Source: Desulfobacteraceae bacterium
Lineage (GTDB): Bacteria; Desulfobacterota; DSM-4660; Desulfatiglandales; HGW-15
Assembly (NCBI GenBank): GCA_050124735.1
Contig: JASFEQ010000002.1
Coordinates: forward strand, 1 to 34,799
Direction: 5' to 3'
DNA length: 34,799 nt
This document shows, piece after piece, positions 19,148 through 28,459 of this stretch. Below the pieces are notes generated by a model, which was not told where the DNA came from, ran no database searches, and saw nothing but the letters and a program-made list of their open reading frames with translations. A program made the translations under genes and the position numbers. The stretch's first letter is position 1. Each line of letters starts with the position of its first letter.

Positions 19148-19260
19148 GTATACTGTCTTCATCCCAAAGTAGGTGCGATGGGTATTTAGCGGTTTATGCC
19201 ATAAGGCTGTTATGTTAATCTGAACTCCACCTGAACCCACTCAGTTCATATGGGCATGTT

Positions 19261-20622
19261 ATGGGACCCAAACTGATTCTAATAAATCCTTGGATCTACG
19301 ATTTTGCGGCCTATGATCTTTGGTCTAAGCCTCTCGGCCTGCTTTACCTCGCCGCCCTTCTCAGAACCCGTGGTTTCCAAGTCCACTTGCTTGATTGTCT
19401 GGACGTGCACCACCCGGAAATGCAAGATAGTCCATCCATGAGCCCACCACTTAGACGGCCTTATGGGACCGGCAAATTCTGGAGAAAAATGGCTCCCAAG
19501 CCGCCCCCCTTGAAACATATCCCCCGACCTTATAGCCGATATGGGATCCGCAGACAACTCTTTATCAAGGATTTGCAGTCCATTGACAACCCGGCGGCCA
19601 TACTGGTCACCTCCTTGATGACTTACTGGTACCCAGGGGTTCAAGAGGTCATCTCTATAGCCAAAGAGACTCACCCGGGCGTCCCCATTATATTGGGAGG
19701 TATATATGCCCGACTTTGCGAAGAACATGCCCTTCAGAATTCCGGAGCAGACTATGTGGTAAGTGAAGGGAGCCCCAATGATCCGATTTTTATTTCAGAG
19801 GCCATGGATCATTTTAATATTCCCGTTCCAAAAAAGTCACAGGATGAGGGTGTGATGCCCTACCCTGCCTTTCACATGCTCCGTAAGATAGACTACGTCT
19901 GTCTATTGACCTCAACAGGTTGTCCGTACAGATGCCGCTACTGTGCCAGTTACTTTTTAAACCCTACATTCTATCAACGAGACCCGTTTCACGTCCTTGA
20001 GGAGATCCTTTATTGGCACAGGAACCACGGTATTGAAAACTTCGCTTTCTACGACGACGCCCTCCTTCTTCAAGCCCATAAGCATATAGCCATCCTTCTG
20101 GAAAAAGTGATAAGTCTGGATCTAAACCTTAGCTTTCATACCCCTAATGCCCTTCATGTGCGAGAAATCACCCATGATATGGCCAGACTGCTCCATCTTT
20201 CCGGGTTCCGTACCATTCGTCTAGGGCTGGAGACATCAGACATGGGGCTGCACAGGGATCTGGATCAAAAGCTCTCTGAAGGGGAATTCGAAAGGGCAGT
20301 GTATAATCTAAAAACGGCAGGTTTTTCAAGTGAAGAAATCGGGGTCTACATTCTCATGGGGCTGCCAGGGCAACCCGTGGAATCCGTGGCAGAAACTATT
20401 GATTTTGTAGGAAGAACCGGTGCAACGCCTTATCTGGCCGAATATTCACCTATTCCTCAAACCCCCATGTGGGAAATGGCCCAGGCCCACTCACACTATG
20501 ACCTCTCTTCAGAGCCCCTCTTTCACAACAACACCCTATTGCCTTGCTGGGAAGAAGACCAAAGGGCAAAGGTCCCTGAACTGAAAAAGCGGGCATTAGA
20601 ATTCCGACGCCGCCGCACCTAG
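19261..20622 (+). CDS. B12-binding-domain radical SAM protein
   Basis: PLGLLYLAA..LGGIYA N-terminal domain; GCPYRCRYC (CxxxCxxC); FYDD; LGLET. Confidence 0.9.
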   Translation: MGPKLILINPWIYDFAAYDLWSKPLGLLYLAALLRTRGFQVHLLDCLDVHHPEMQDSPSMSPPLRRPYGTGKFWRKMAPKPPPLKHIPRPYSRYGIRRQLFIKDLQSIDNPAAILVTSLMTYWYPGVQEVISIAKETHPGVPIILGGIYARLCEEHALQNSGADYVVSEGSPNDPIFISEAMDHFNIPVPKKSQDEGVMPYPAFHMLRKIDYVCLLTSTGCPYRCRYCASYFLNPTFYQRDPFHVLEEILYWHRNHGIENFAFYDDALLLQAHKHIAILLEKVISLDLNLSFHTPNALHVREITHDMARLLHLSGFRTIRLGLETSDMGLHRDLDQKLSEGEFERAVYNLKTAGFSSEEIGVYILMGLPGQPVESVAETIDFVGRTGATPYLAEYSPIPQTPMWEMAQAHSHYDLSSEPLFHNNTLLPCWEEDQRAKVPELKKRALEFRRRRT

Positions 20623-20639
20623 CAAGCTTAAACAATATA

Positions 20640-20734
20640 AACCGCAGACCCACGCAGACGGACACAGACGGTGATGATCTATTGCTATTTGAGACAATCT
20701 CTGTGTCTGTGGCTGTCTGCGACTGTCTGCGGTT
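20640..20734. repeat. Inverted 10-mer tandem arrays (..CGCAGAC x3 / GTCTGCG.. x3)
   Basis: aaccgcagac ccacgcagac ggacacagac and gtctgtggct gtctgcgact gtctgcggtt. Confidence 0.88.
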
Positions 20735-20737
20735 AAT

Positions 20738-21490
20738 TCATTCTTGGCGGTTGATGATGCTGGCGGCATAGCCTGCACCGAATCCGTTATCAATATTGAC
20801 CACCGTGACACCCGCGGCACAGGAGTTGAGCATACCCAGCACAGCGGCAATCCCCTGAAAGCTCGCTCCATAACCAATACTCGTGGGAACCCCTATCACC
20901 GGCTTGTCCACCAAGCCCCCAACAACACTGGGCAGCGCACCTTCCATCCCAGCCGCCACGATGATCACGGACGCCTTGGTAAACCTCTCTCTGTGGCTCA
21001 GCACCCGATGAATCCCAGCCACACCCAAGTCATAAATCGTTTCCACCTCATTGCCCATGAAGCGCGCCGTTATGGCTGCCTCTTCTGCCACCGGAATGTC
21101 CGAAGTGCCGGCGCTGATGACGAGTATAGTGCCTCTGCCCTGAATTCTAATGGGATTTTTGGTCAGGGTCAGGACGCGCGCCCTTTCGTGGTAGGCACTA
21201 TCCTTGTATTTGGCCAGGATCTGAGCCGCCTTTTCCGGAGAGAGACGGGTCACCATGATATTCTCCCCTTGCTCAGCCATTCTATCCATGATGGCCAAGA
21301 TTTCGCCCACCTCTTTCCCTTCTCCAAATATCACTTCTGAAAGGCCCTTCCTCAGGCTACGATGATGGTCAATGCAGGCGAGACCAATATCCTCAAAAGG
21401 AAGATCTTTCAATCTTTCCAGGGCCTCATCAACCGATATCTCCCCTCTGCTCAAACTGGCCAAAAGCCTTCTAAGCGTATCTTGGTCCAA
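20738..21490 (-). CDS. larB: Nickel-pincer cofactor biosynthesis protein LarB (PurE-like)
   Basis: DHHRSLRKG..EVIFGEGK, AGTSDIPVAEEA, AGMEGALPSVV, PTSIGYG, NIDNGFGA; start moved to TTG 21490 behind AAGGAGGT. Confidence 0.92.
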   Translation of the reverse strand: MDQDTLRRLLASLSRGEISVDEALERLKDLPFEDIGLACIDHHRSLRKGLSEVIFGEGKEVGEILAIMDRMAEQGENIMVTRLSPEKAAQILAKYKDSAYHERARVLTLTKNPIRIQGRGTILVISAGTSDIPVAEEAAITARFMGNEVETIYDLGVAGIHRVLSHRERFTKASVIIVAAGMEGALPSVVGGLVDKPVIGVPTSIGYGASFQGIAAVLGMLNSCAAGVTVVNIDNGFGAGYAASIINRQE

Positions 21491-21595
21491 GTTACGATCG
21501 ACCTCCTTTTTCAATTATCGAAAACGTCACAAATAGGACTCCTTACTTCCTTGGCGCGCCAACTCTCTCGACGTAGTTTTAACAAAGCCGGGTTT

Positions 21596-21706
21596 CCTCC
21601 GTCATCTGTCCTCCGTCCTCTCTCCTCTCTCCTCTGCCTTGTCGCCCTGAGCCCGCCGAAGCGCTGCCTTCTGATTCTCTCGTCACTCGTCACTTCTCAC
21701 TTGTCT
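21596..21706. repeat. Two one-sided 7-mer tandem arrays
   Basis: cctccgt catctgt cctccgt cctctct cctctct cctctg and ctcgtca ctcgtca cttctca cttgtc. Confidence 0.75.
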
Positions 21707-21718
21707 TACTGAGAAGAA

Positions 21719-22201
21719 TTATCCATGCAACTTCTTTGCAAGCTCAGCCACCCTTTGGCCAAGTTTGATCGCAATTTGCTCTGTCCTCTCGTCAGGAGCT
21801 CCGGCACAGGAAACCCCGTAGTGGCCCGTGGCGGACATGGGATCACCCACAATGACCATCCCATAAATCAGCAAGGCCTGGATGATAGACATTATTGTGG
21901 TCTCCTTGCCTCCGCTGGGGTCCCCTGACGTGGCAAACGCCGCTCCCACCTTGTCTTCCATCCTTTTGCGCGTGCCCACAAATTCATCAAATACCCTTTT
22001 TAGGTCAGCAGCCATCAAACCAAAATACACGGGAGATCCGGCAATAACGCCTGATGAAGCCAAGAAGTCATCTTTCGTAACCTCACGGGTATGCTTCAAC
22101 ACAGCTGTCACTCCCTCCACCCGTTCCACACCCTGTGCAATTTGCTGGGCCAATTTCTTCGTGTTCCCCCCTTTGGAGAAATAGAGAACCAGGACCTGCA
22201 T
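21719..22201 (-). CDS. Flavodoxin/WrbA-like NAD(P)H-dependent FMN oxidoreductase
   Basis: YFSKGGNTKKLA FMN loop, GSPVYFG, KVGAAFATSG..GGKETT. Confidence 0.88.
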   Translation of the reverse strand: MQVLVLYFSKGGNTKKLAQQIAQGVERVEGVTAVLKHTREVTKDDFLASSGVIAGSPVYFGLMAADLKRVFDEFVGTRKRMEDKVGAAFATSGDPSGGKETTIMSIIQALLIYGMVIVGDPMSATGHYGVSCAGAPDERTEQIAIKLGQRVAELAKKLHG

Positions 22202-22274
22202 AGCAAGAACCTCCTATGTGCAATAAGCATGAACTTGAGATTGATTTAGTAGTCCCTCCCGCAGCAGAAGTCAA

Positions 22275-22631
22275 TTAAAGGAGTCCCTTCCCCTTAAGCA
22301 AGGTCATGGACTCGTGAGCGATATTTGTAATTTTGCTAAGGGCCTTGGACAGATGTGCGTTAGCTTCCCCTCCCACACCAGAATTGACCATGACGAGTGC
22401 CTTTTCAAGATATGGTTCGATCTCCTCCCATCCGTGATCCCCGCCCACGGACTTGGCCAGTTTGATTTCGTGTCCCACCATGTTCAACACGGCATTGATC
22501 ACTTTTTCTCCTCCCACTTTCTCCCCGCCTGGAAGCCCCTCCACCAAACCAATGGTCTGAGACACCCAGATGAGCCCTGCCTTGATCTTTTCACTCTGAG
22601 AAAACGCCATGATAGCCTCATTTATGTCCAT
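22275..22631 (-). CDS. Hypothetical all-helical protein
   Basis: 118 aa, GAGGAGG ribosome-binding site, amphipathic helical pattern; no recognised motif. Confidence 0.8.
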   Translation of the reverse strand: MDINEAIMAFSQSEKIKAGLIWVSQTIGLVEGLPGGEKVGGEKVINAVLNMVGHEIKLAKSVGGDHGWEEIEPYLEKALVMVNSGVGGEANAHLSKALSKITNIAHESMTLLKGKGLL

Positions 22632-22693
22632 GAGTCCTAGACCTCCTCAATGCCATTTCTGCTTCTATGACTGAAATTTGTTAGCCCCAAAAT

Positions 22694-22811
22694 TTTCACC
22701 CCCTACCTGGCTCGCCTGGGGCTGGCAGGCAGGTGGCGGGCAAGGAGAAGGTGAAATGGTGTCATTGTGAGTCCTTCGAGGCCCTCAGGATAAACTCCGC
22801 GAAGCAATGAC
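22694..22811. repeat. Degenerate REP-like composite
   Basis: tttcacc/ggtgaaa stem around cctacctg..caggcagg; tgtcattgtgag..gcaatgac related to 19026 element with a ccttcga..ctcagg insert. Confidence 0.6.
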
Positions 22812-22875
22812 TTCGTAGCGACCTTGATGATTTCTGGAAGCGCACAGCAGCTTATTGAGGTCATGGGTTCTCCTC

Positions 22876-23883
22876 TTATCCGATTCCCACCCTCTCTTTC
22901 ACTTTGTTCAAAACCCTATTCGCTGTGGGTCGGACTCTATCAGCGGCGTCTGATAGCAACGTGTCCAATCGCTCTGGATCTTCGGTTAATTCCTTGTATC
23001 GGGTCTGAACGGGCCTCAAGCCCTCTACCACGACTTCGCCCAGTTCTTTTTTCAGATCTGCGTATCCCTTCCCCTCAAACCGGGCTTCTATGTCTCCCCT
23101 TTTGTCGCCTGTGAAGAGCTCGTAAATGACCAGAAGGTTATGAATGCCGTGCCGGCTTTCATCAAAGCCTATTTCTCGAAGGGAGTCTGTCGTGGCCCTC
23201 CTAATTTTTGAACGAATCACATCAGGTGAATCAAGCAGATTAATAGTATTGCCTTCCCCCCCTTCACTCTTGCTCATTTTCTTGGTGGGATTCTCTAGCC
23301 CCATGATCCGTGCGCCTATTTTCGGAATCGAAGGCGCTGGGAGGACGAAGGTCTCGCCATACATGGTGTTGAACCGTTGTGCAAGGTCTCGTGTAAACTC
23401 CAGGTGCTGCTTCTGGTCTTCACCAACAGGGACGAGATCCGTATCGTAGAGCAGAATATCTGCCGCCATCAGGGCAGGGTAGTCGAAGAGACCCACGCTT
23501 ACGCGCTCTTTCTGCATTTCAGATTTTTCCTTGAACTGGGTCATACGCTGCATCCAGCCAATGGGAGTAAAACAGTTTAGTATCCAGGTCAGTTCAGCAT
23601 GTGCGGTTATGTGGGATTGTACGAACACGACGGTCTGCTCCGGGTCTATCCCGGCCGCGATAAGTATACCAGCCACTTCTCGGATTTTTGCCTTGAGGAT
23701 CTTAGGATCTTGGGGAATGGTAATGGCGTGCAAGTCCACCACGCAATAGATGCAATCAAATTCAGACTGTATCGACACCCAGTGCTGGATGGCACCCAAA
23801 TAGTTTCCAATATGAATTTCTCCTGTAGGTTGAATGCCTGAAAACACCCTCTTTTTCCTCTTTTTCTCTTGATTGTCATCCAT
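22876..23883 (-). CDS. trpS: Tryptophan--tRNA ligase
   Basis: SGIQPTG, HIGN, VPVGEDQKQHLE, KMSKS. Confidence 0.98.
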   Translation of the reverse strand: MDDNQEKKRKKRVFSGIQPTGEIHIGNYLGAIQHWVSIQSEFDCIYCVVDLHAITIPQDPKILKAKIREVAGILIAAGIDPEQTVVFVQSHITAHAELTWILNCFTPIGWMQRMTQFKEKSEMQKERVSVGLFDYPALMAADILLYDTDLVPVGEDQKQHLEFTRDLAQRFNTMYGETFVLPAPSIPKIGARIMGLENPTKKMSKSEGGEGNTINLLDSPDVIRSKIRRATTDSLREIGFDESRHGIHNLLVIYELFTGDKRGDIEARFEGKGYADLKKELGEVVVEGLRPVQTRYKELTEDPERLDTLLSDAADRVRPTANRVLNKVKERVGIG

Positions 23884-23910
23884 GTCTTCTGTCCGCCTTC
23901 TTTAGAAAAT

Positions 23911-26391
23911 CTACGAATTTCTCATCCTTGAATTAATTTTCAGCCTCTCTAAAGACAACTTTATCACATCTTTGGCCTTTTCTTTTTTGGCCATATAACC
24001 CTGAAAAAAAGAATCTATTTCTTCCTCACGCCCTAACCCGCACAATGGGACGACTGCCGCGATGACCCGTTCATAATGCATTGGGTGAAACTTTTCAAGC
24101 GCTTCCAAATTGGACATATACCATTCCCACATATAAGGCACAGCATAAGGGTTGGCAGCCATATAAGTGATTGGTACAAACTTATTCCTCAGGGGCACCT
24201 CTTCCAAGATGTGTTGTTGAGCCCTTTCCACAAGTCCCCTCTCTTTGAAACTGCCCAGTGCCGCGAGCATATTCATTCTTTCATGCTCACTTTCAGAGGA
24301 GGTCAGTCTTTCAGCAAACCAATCGAAAACGCTGTTGTCACCCTGCAAGGCACCAATCTGCATGACACTTCTCATGATGTCTGGGTGGAGGTTTTCTCCA
24401 CGCATTAGGGATGAAAATTTGACAGTCGCAAACTCTAACACATCTTCAGATTCATACAAAGCCAAATGCCATAAAATCTGGTCCCTAAGTATGGATATGG
24501 TATGTCTTTCTTCTGGCTCTGGCTCAAATCCAATATCTGAGAGGACCCTCTCCAGCAATGATTTGCCTCTGGATAATATTTCATCTCTCCTCACTCCCTG
24601 TAGGATCATGGAGGCGTGGAACAGGTTCCCCGCAATGCTCGTGAGGGGCAGGAATGCATCTTCGTTGGAATAACTGGCAAGAAATTGGAGATAATCATCT
24701 ATGGAAACACGGCCGCTCCTAACCAAGGCATACAGGTCGTTTTGAATGCCCCACCTGTCCTCCTGGGATAATTCTTTCGTGGCCACCCGGCTCCCGAGTG
24801 CCTGCAAATCGTTCCCGTCCAGATATCTCACCCGGTAGAATCCGGTCTGTTCATGATTTATCTTGTAGGCCACCATGTCCCCACCCACATCCAAATGCAT
24901 GCTTTCGCCCTCGAGGAGGGCGGTTATGCGCTTTGATTGACCGTCGCTGTAAAAGACCTTGATAGCCACGGGAATGAGCCATTGCTGTCCTGCGTCATTG
25001 TCCAAATAGGTGAACCTTTTCTGTGTGAGCAACAATCTGTCCCCATCCCTCTTCCCTTCCACCAGAGGAAATCCTGGCTGTTCAATCCAGCTCTTCATCA
25101 TTTTGGTCACGGGCATGGCTGAAACCTCTTCGAGGGCTTCCCACAAGTGATGACTTGATGCGCATCCATACTCGTGCTTTCTCAAGTAGTGTCTCAGACC
25201 TTCCTTGAAGTTCTCTTTACCCACATATCCTTCCACCTGTCTTAGTATGCTTCCTCCTTTGCTATAGATAATGGGTGCGGTACTGGCCGTGATGACCACA
25301 TGCTCACCTCCAGGGATCTCTATGGGAAAGGTTTCGTGCAAGGCGTCTCTATCAAGGGCCCCATTCGTTTGGCCGTCGGAGAACTGCTCCCATATATCCC
25401 ACTCGGGATAGTAGTGAGTCACGATGCCATAGCCAAAATAGGTGGCAAAGCTCTCGTTGAGCCAGAGATACTTCCAATCAGACGGGGTGACGAGATTTCC
25501 AAACCATTGGTGGGCCATCTCATGGGCGATGACTTCGCATATCCTCTCCTCACCCGCTTTGGACGTTATATTCGGATAATGAAGAAGCAGATTTTCTCGG
25601 AACGTGATGGCACCCCAGTTCTCCATGGCACCTGCTGCAAAATCTGCAATGGCAATCAAATCAAGTTTGGGAAGGGGATACTTTATCCCATAGTAGTCTT
25701 CAGAAAATTCCAGGGCCTTTCTGCCAAAGTCTAACCCGAATTTGGCATACGCCGTCATGCCTGGCATGGTGGCCACCCGCACCAAGACTTTCCCTCTGTC
25801 GTCAATAAACTCAAATTCCCCAACGCCTAAGAAGAGCAAGTAGGTGGACATCTTGGGGGTTCTCTCAAATTTGACAAGCTTCCTGCCATCACCCAATGGC
25901 TTTTCACCGGTGATCGGAGCGTTGGAGATGGCCACCAATTTTTCATCAATAATCATCTCCACGTCAAAGGTTGCTTTTTTCAACGGATGATCAAAACAGG
26001 GAACCGCACGTCGCGCGTCGCTCTCTTCAAATTGAGTCACCGCCATGTACTTCTCATTTCCGCCCACGACGTATCTACTCCTATAGAAGCCGGCCATCTT
26101 GTCATTGATTTCTCCCTCATATTCGATCTTGAGATCTAATTTTCCGCTCGTCTCTTCAGGAAGAAATATGTTCATCGCCTCTTTCTTTGGGTCTAAAGAA
26201 AAAGGACAATCCACGTAGGAATCTCCCCGCTTCACGCCGCACTCCCGTATGGCCAGTTCCAGTATATTCAAGGAGATCTCCTGCACCGGTTCGACCGCTT
26301 CCAAGGAAATTTCCACATTTCCTTCAAATTTAAAAATGTTCAAATCCGGCTCTAAATGGATCTTATAGTTTATTGGATTTACGTCGCTCAT
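23911..26391 (-). CDS. M1 family zinc aminopeptidase with ERAP1-like C-terminal domain
   Basis: GAMEN, HEMAH-x18-E (WLNESF), YSKG; start moved to ATG 26391 (MSDVNP) behind AGGAG because the ORF-track extension reads through a REP. Confidence 0.94.
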   Translation of the reverse strand: MSDVNPINYKIHLEPDLNIFKFEGNVEISLEAVEPVQEISLNILELAIRECGVKRGDSYVDCPFSLDPKKEAMNIFLPEETSGKLDLKIEYEGEINDKMAGFYRSRYVVGGNEKYMAVTQFEESDARRAVPCFDHPLKKATFDVEMIIDEKLVAISNAPITGEKPLGDGRKLVKFERTPKMSTYLLFLGVGEFEFIDDRGKVLVRVATMPGMTAYAKFGLDFGRKALEFSEDYYGIKYPLPKLDLIAIADFAAGAMENWGAITFRENLLLHYPNITSKAGEERICEVIAHEMAHQWFGNLVTPSDWKYLWLNESFATYFGYGIVTHYYPEWDIWEQFSDGQTNGALDRDALHETFPIEIPGGEHVVITASTAPIIYSKGGSILRQVEGYVGKENFKEGLRHYLRKHEYGCASSHHLWEALEEVSAMPVTKMMKSWIEQPGFPLVEGKRDGDRLLLTQKRFTYLDNDAGQQWLIPVAIKVFYSDGQSKRITALLEGESMHLDVGGDMVAYKINHEQTGFYRVRYLDGNDLQALGSRVATKELSQEDRWGIQNDLYALVRSGRVSIDDYLQFLASYSNEDAFLPLTSIAGNLFHASMILQGVRRDEILSRGKSLLERVLSDIGFEPEPEERHTISILRDQILWHLALYESEDVLEFATVKFSSLMRGENLHPDIMRSVMQIGALQGDNSVFDWFAERLTSSESEHERMNMLAALGSFKERGLVERAQQHILEEVPLRNKFVPITYMAANPYAVPYMWEWYMSNLEALEKFHPMHYERVIAAVVPLCGLGREEEIDSFFQGYMAKKEKAKDVIKLSLERLKINSRMRNS

Positions 26392-26430
26392 TTTTCTCTC
26401 CTTCTCCTGCTTTGCCTTTCCTAGATCCAC

Positions 26431-26456
26431 GGGTAGGGGAGCGTTTACGCTCCCCG
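26431..26456 (+). repeat. GTAG-family REP
   Basis: ggGTAG-GGGAGCG-ttta-CGCTCCC-cg. Confidence 0.85.
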
Positions 26457-26459
26457 AAA

Positions 26460-26930
26460 TCAACTGGTATCATAATAGACCGCGCCGTATTTCTCTAAAT
26501 AATCCCTCGCGCTCGAAAAAGGGTAATCCTCTGCGTTTTTAACAAGATTCCATTTGACCGGATTGAAATGAATGTAGTTGAATTTCTCTTTGAATTTCCT
26601 ATCGCTGAATATAGTGAAATCATAAAACCCTTTCTGCCAAGTGCGCTCTTGTTTCAATTTGAGATTTATTTTTCTCGAACTGACACCTTTGATCTGATTT
26701 AGAATCTTTGAAAGTCCAAGGTCTCCATTAGGTTGAAGCAGCACATGGAGCTGGTCGGGCATGATGACATAAGCAAACAAAGTGTACTCCCAGGCCATCC
26801 TATTACTCAATAAAATATCGACTATTATCTCTGCGAGACGCAGTTGACGGAATATCTGTTTTCTACCTAATGTAGATGTGGTTATGAAATAAGCGGCGTT
26901 TTCAAGCTCAAAATGTGGAGGCTGAGCCAT
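26460..26930 (-). CDS. REP-associated tyrosine transposase (IS200-like Y1 HUH family)
   Basis: YFITT..R..IF, YVIMPDQLH, WQKGFYD, YIHFNPVK..LV..DYPFSS. Confidence 0.9.
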   Translation of the reverse strand: MAQPPHFELENAAYFITTSTLGRKQIFRQLRLAEIIVDILLSNRMAWEYTLFAYVIMPDQLHVLLQPNGDLGLSKILNQIKGVSSRKINLKLKQERTWQKGFYDFTIFSDRKFKEKFNYIHFNPVKWNLVKNAEDYPFSSARDYLEKYGAVYYDTS

Positions 26931-26948
26931 ATACTATACCTCTGGTCA

Positions 26949-26974
26949 CGGCGAGCCTGAAGGCTCCCCTACCC
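26949..26974 (-). repeat. GTAG-family REP
   Basis: Minus strand ggGTAG-GGGAGCC-ttca-GGCTCGC-cg. Confidence 0.85.
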
Positions 26975-27124
26975 TCAGGTTAAGAGATTATAGTTTTTTG
27001 GTCTTTTTTTCTTGGGTAAAATATGGGTCACACTTCCCAGAAAGATCTCAGCAGCCTCTCCCAGAGTCTCTGAAAGCGTGGGGTGCGGATGAATACTCAA
27101 TCCCATATCCTCGGCAAGGGTAGC
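26975..27124 (-). pseudogene. C-terminal remnant of dihydrolipoamide dehydrogenase
   Basis: LAEDMGLSIHPHPTLSETLGEAAE..G..TH matches the Lpd HPTLSE motif; only about 50 codons, no room for the rest of the gene. Confidence 0.8.
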
Positions 27125-27143
27125 CGTGTAATGGTGTGTTATC

Positions 27144-27605
27144 TTACAAGAACTTCGGCGGCAATTCCCCATGGCCCTGCATCTTCAAATCTTTCAATAC
27201 CATCATGGTCTCCGTGCCGTGGGCGAGCAACTTTCCTGTCTCGTCCTCAACTGATGCCTCCGCCAAGCAGATGCTTTTGCCCACCTTTATATTTTTGCCT
27301 TTCGCAATGAGAGAACCGGATGAAATGGGAGCCAAGTAGTTGAGTTTCAACTCTACCGTGGTTATTCCAAAGTCGTCATCAATCTGGGGATATACGGCCC
27401 AGAATGCGGCCGCATCCACCACAGCTGCATAGACCCCTCCATGAACCATGCCGAAAGGCTGAAAATGTTTTTCCTCAACAATCATCTCCAGTCGGGATTC
27501 ACCCCAATCCAAATTCGTAATATGCATAGAAATTAGGGTGAAAAAGGGACTTCCATTCACCTTCTTAGCAACGGCCTCAAGATAGGCTGGATTGACTCTC
27601 TTCAC
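27144..27605 (-). CDS. PaaI-family hotdog thioesterase
   Basis: QPFGMVHGGVYAAVVD, TVELKLNYLAP, GKLLAHG. Confidence 0.92.
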   Translation of the reverse strand: MKRVNPAYLEAVAKKVNGSPFFTLISMHITNLDWGESRLEMIVEEKHFQPFGMVHGGVYAAVVDAAAFWAVYPQIDDDFGITTVELKLNYLAPISSGSLIAKGKNIKVGKSICLAEASVEDETGKLLAHGTETMMVLKDLKMQGHGELPPKFL

Positions 27606-27626
27606 GCTAATCCCCTTTCCAATAAT

Positions 27627-28346
27627 CTATCCCTTGGCCTCGACCGTCTCCACTCGAACTCGTGCGGTTCCCTTTTTGTAAAACCCAAGCTTCCGTGCAG
27701 CACCCGCACTCAGGTCAATAATTCGGCCCTTCACAAAGGGACCTCGATCATTGACCCGCACGATGATGGATCGACGATTTTCAAGGTTTGTGACGCGTAC
27801 ATGGGTTGGCAGAGGGAGGTATTTATGTGCAGCGTTTAGGCCATTGGGATTAAAGGCCTCACCATTTGCCGTCATGTGCCCCCCCCTCTTTCGACGGGTC
27901 TCATACCCATACCAGGAGGCCAAGCCCTCTTCCCGGTATTTCTTGGCCTTTGCCACGGACATGGGAACATACCTTTTCCCATGGACAACGTATGGTGAAT
28001 TCTTGACTCGACCCTTCTTGATGGCCTCTTTGGGAGGCAGATCGTCAATGGTTTCGATTTCTTCACGGGTAAGAGGCCAATCGAAAGGTGCCTTGACCAC
28101 TTTAAATGTAAAGCCTCCCAGCTTATAGACCACCTTGCCGGTTCCGATGGTAAGTTTGGTGACCCCCTTGGTCACTTTGTAGGTGGTGGTTAACGTCCCC
28201 TTACCCACATTGTAAGTCCCTTTTCCCACTTTGTAAGTCCCCTTAACAACACTACAGGTTGAAAGGAGCAGGGGTAAAAGACCCAGAAGAATAGTAAACA
28301 ATCCTGCAGCCAAAGCTTTTCTTCTCATGTCATTTGATCTGTCCAA
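27627..28346 (-). CDS. rlpA: RlpA-family septal lytic transglycosylase (probable lipoprotein, no SPOR domain)
   Basis: PYVVHGKRY, GLASWYG, TANGE, AAHKYLP, VNDRGPF..RIIDLS. Confidence 0.9.
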   Translation of the reverse strand: MDRSNDMRRKALAAGLFTILLGLLPLLLSTCSVVKGTYKVGKGTYNVGKGTLTTTYKVTKGVTKLTIGTGKVVYKLGGFTFKVVKAPFDWPLTREEIETIDDLPPKEAIKKGRVKNSPYVVHGKRYVPMSVAKAKKYREEGLASWYGYETRRKRGGHMTANGEAFNPNGLNAAHKYLPLPTHVRVTNLENRRSIIVRVNDRGPFVKGRIIDLSAGAARKLGFYKKGTARVRVETVEAKG

Positions 28347-28459
28347 TTTACATCACCCGAAACCGTTATGCCAACAGCGCATGGCACGTGAACTCTGAGG
28401 GCCTCATCATCAGTTACCGGAGTCAGAAAAGAGTTATTCAACAAATTCAACAACGTCCC

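Larger units (their letters stand above)
26431..26974. mobile_element. REP-RAYT cassette
   Basis: Inverted GTAG-type REPs at both ends of a Y1 transposase gene; gene is visibly more AT-rich than neighbours. Confidence 0.82.

Noticed and set aside
20738-21490. purE
   Set aside because: Longer N-terminal DHHR..EVIFGEGK region and NIDNGFGA motif indicate LarB.
26392-26463. N-terminal extension of the aminopeptidase (similarly cinA 29514-29648)
   Set aside because: Extensions translate repeat DNA; downstream starts fit the family N-termini better.
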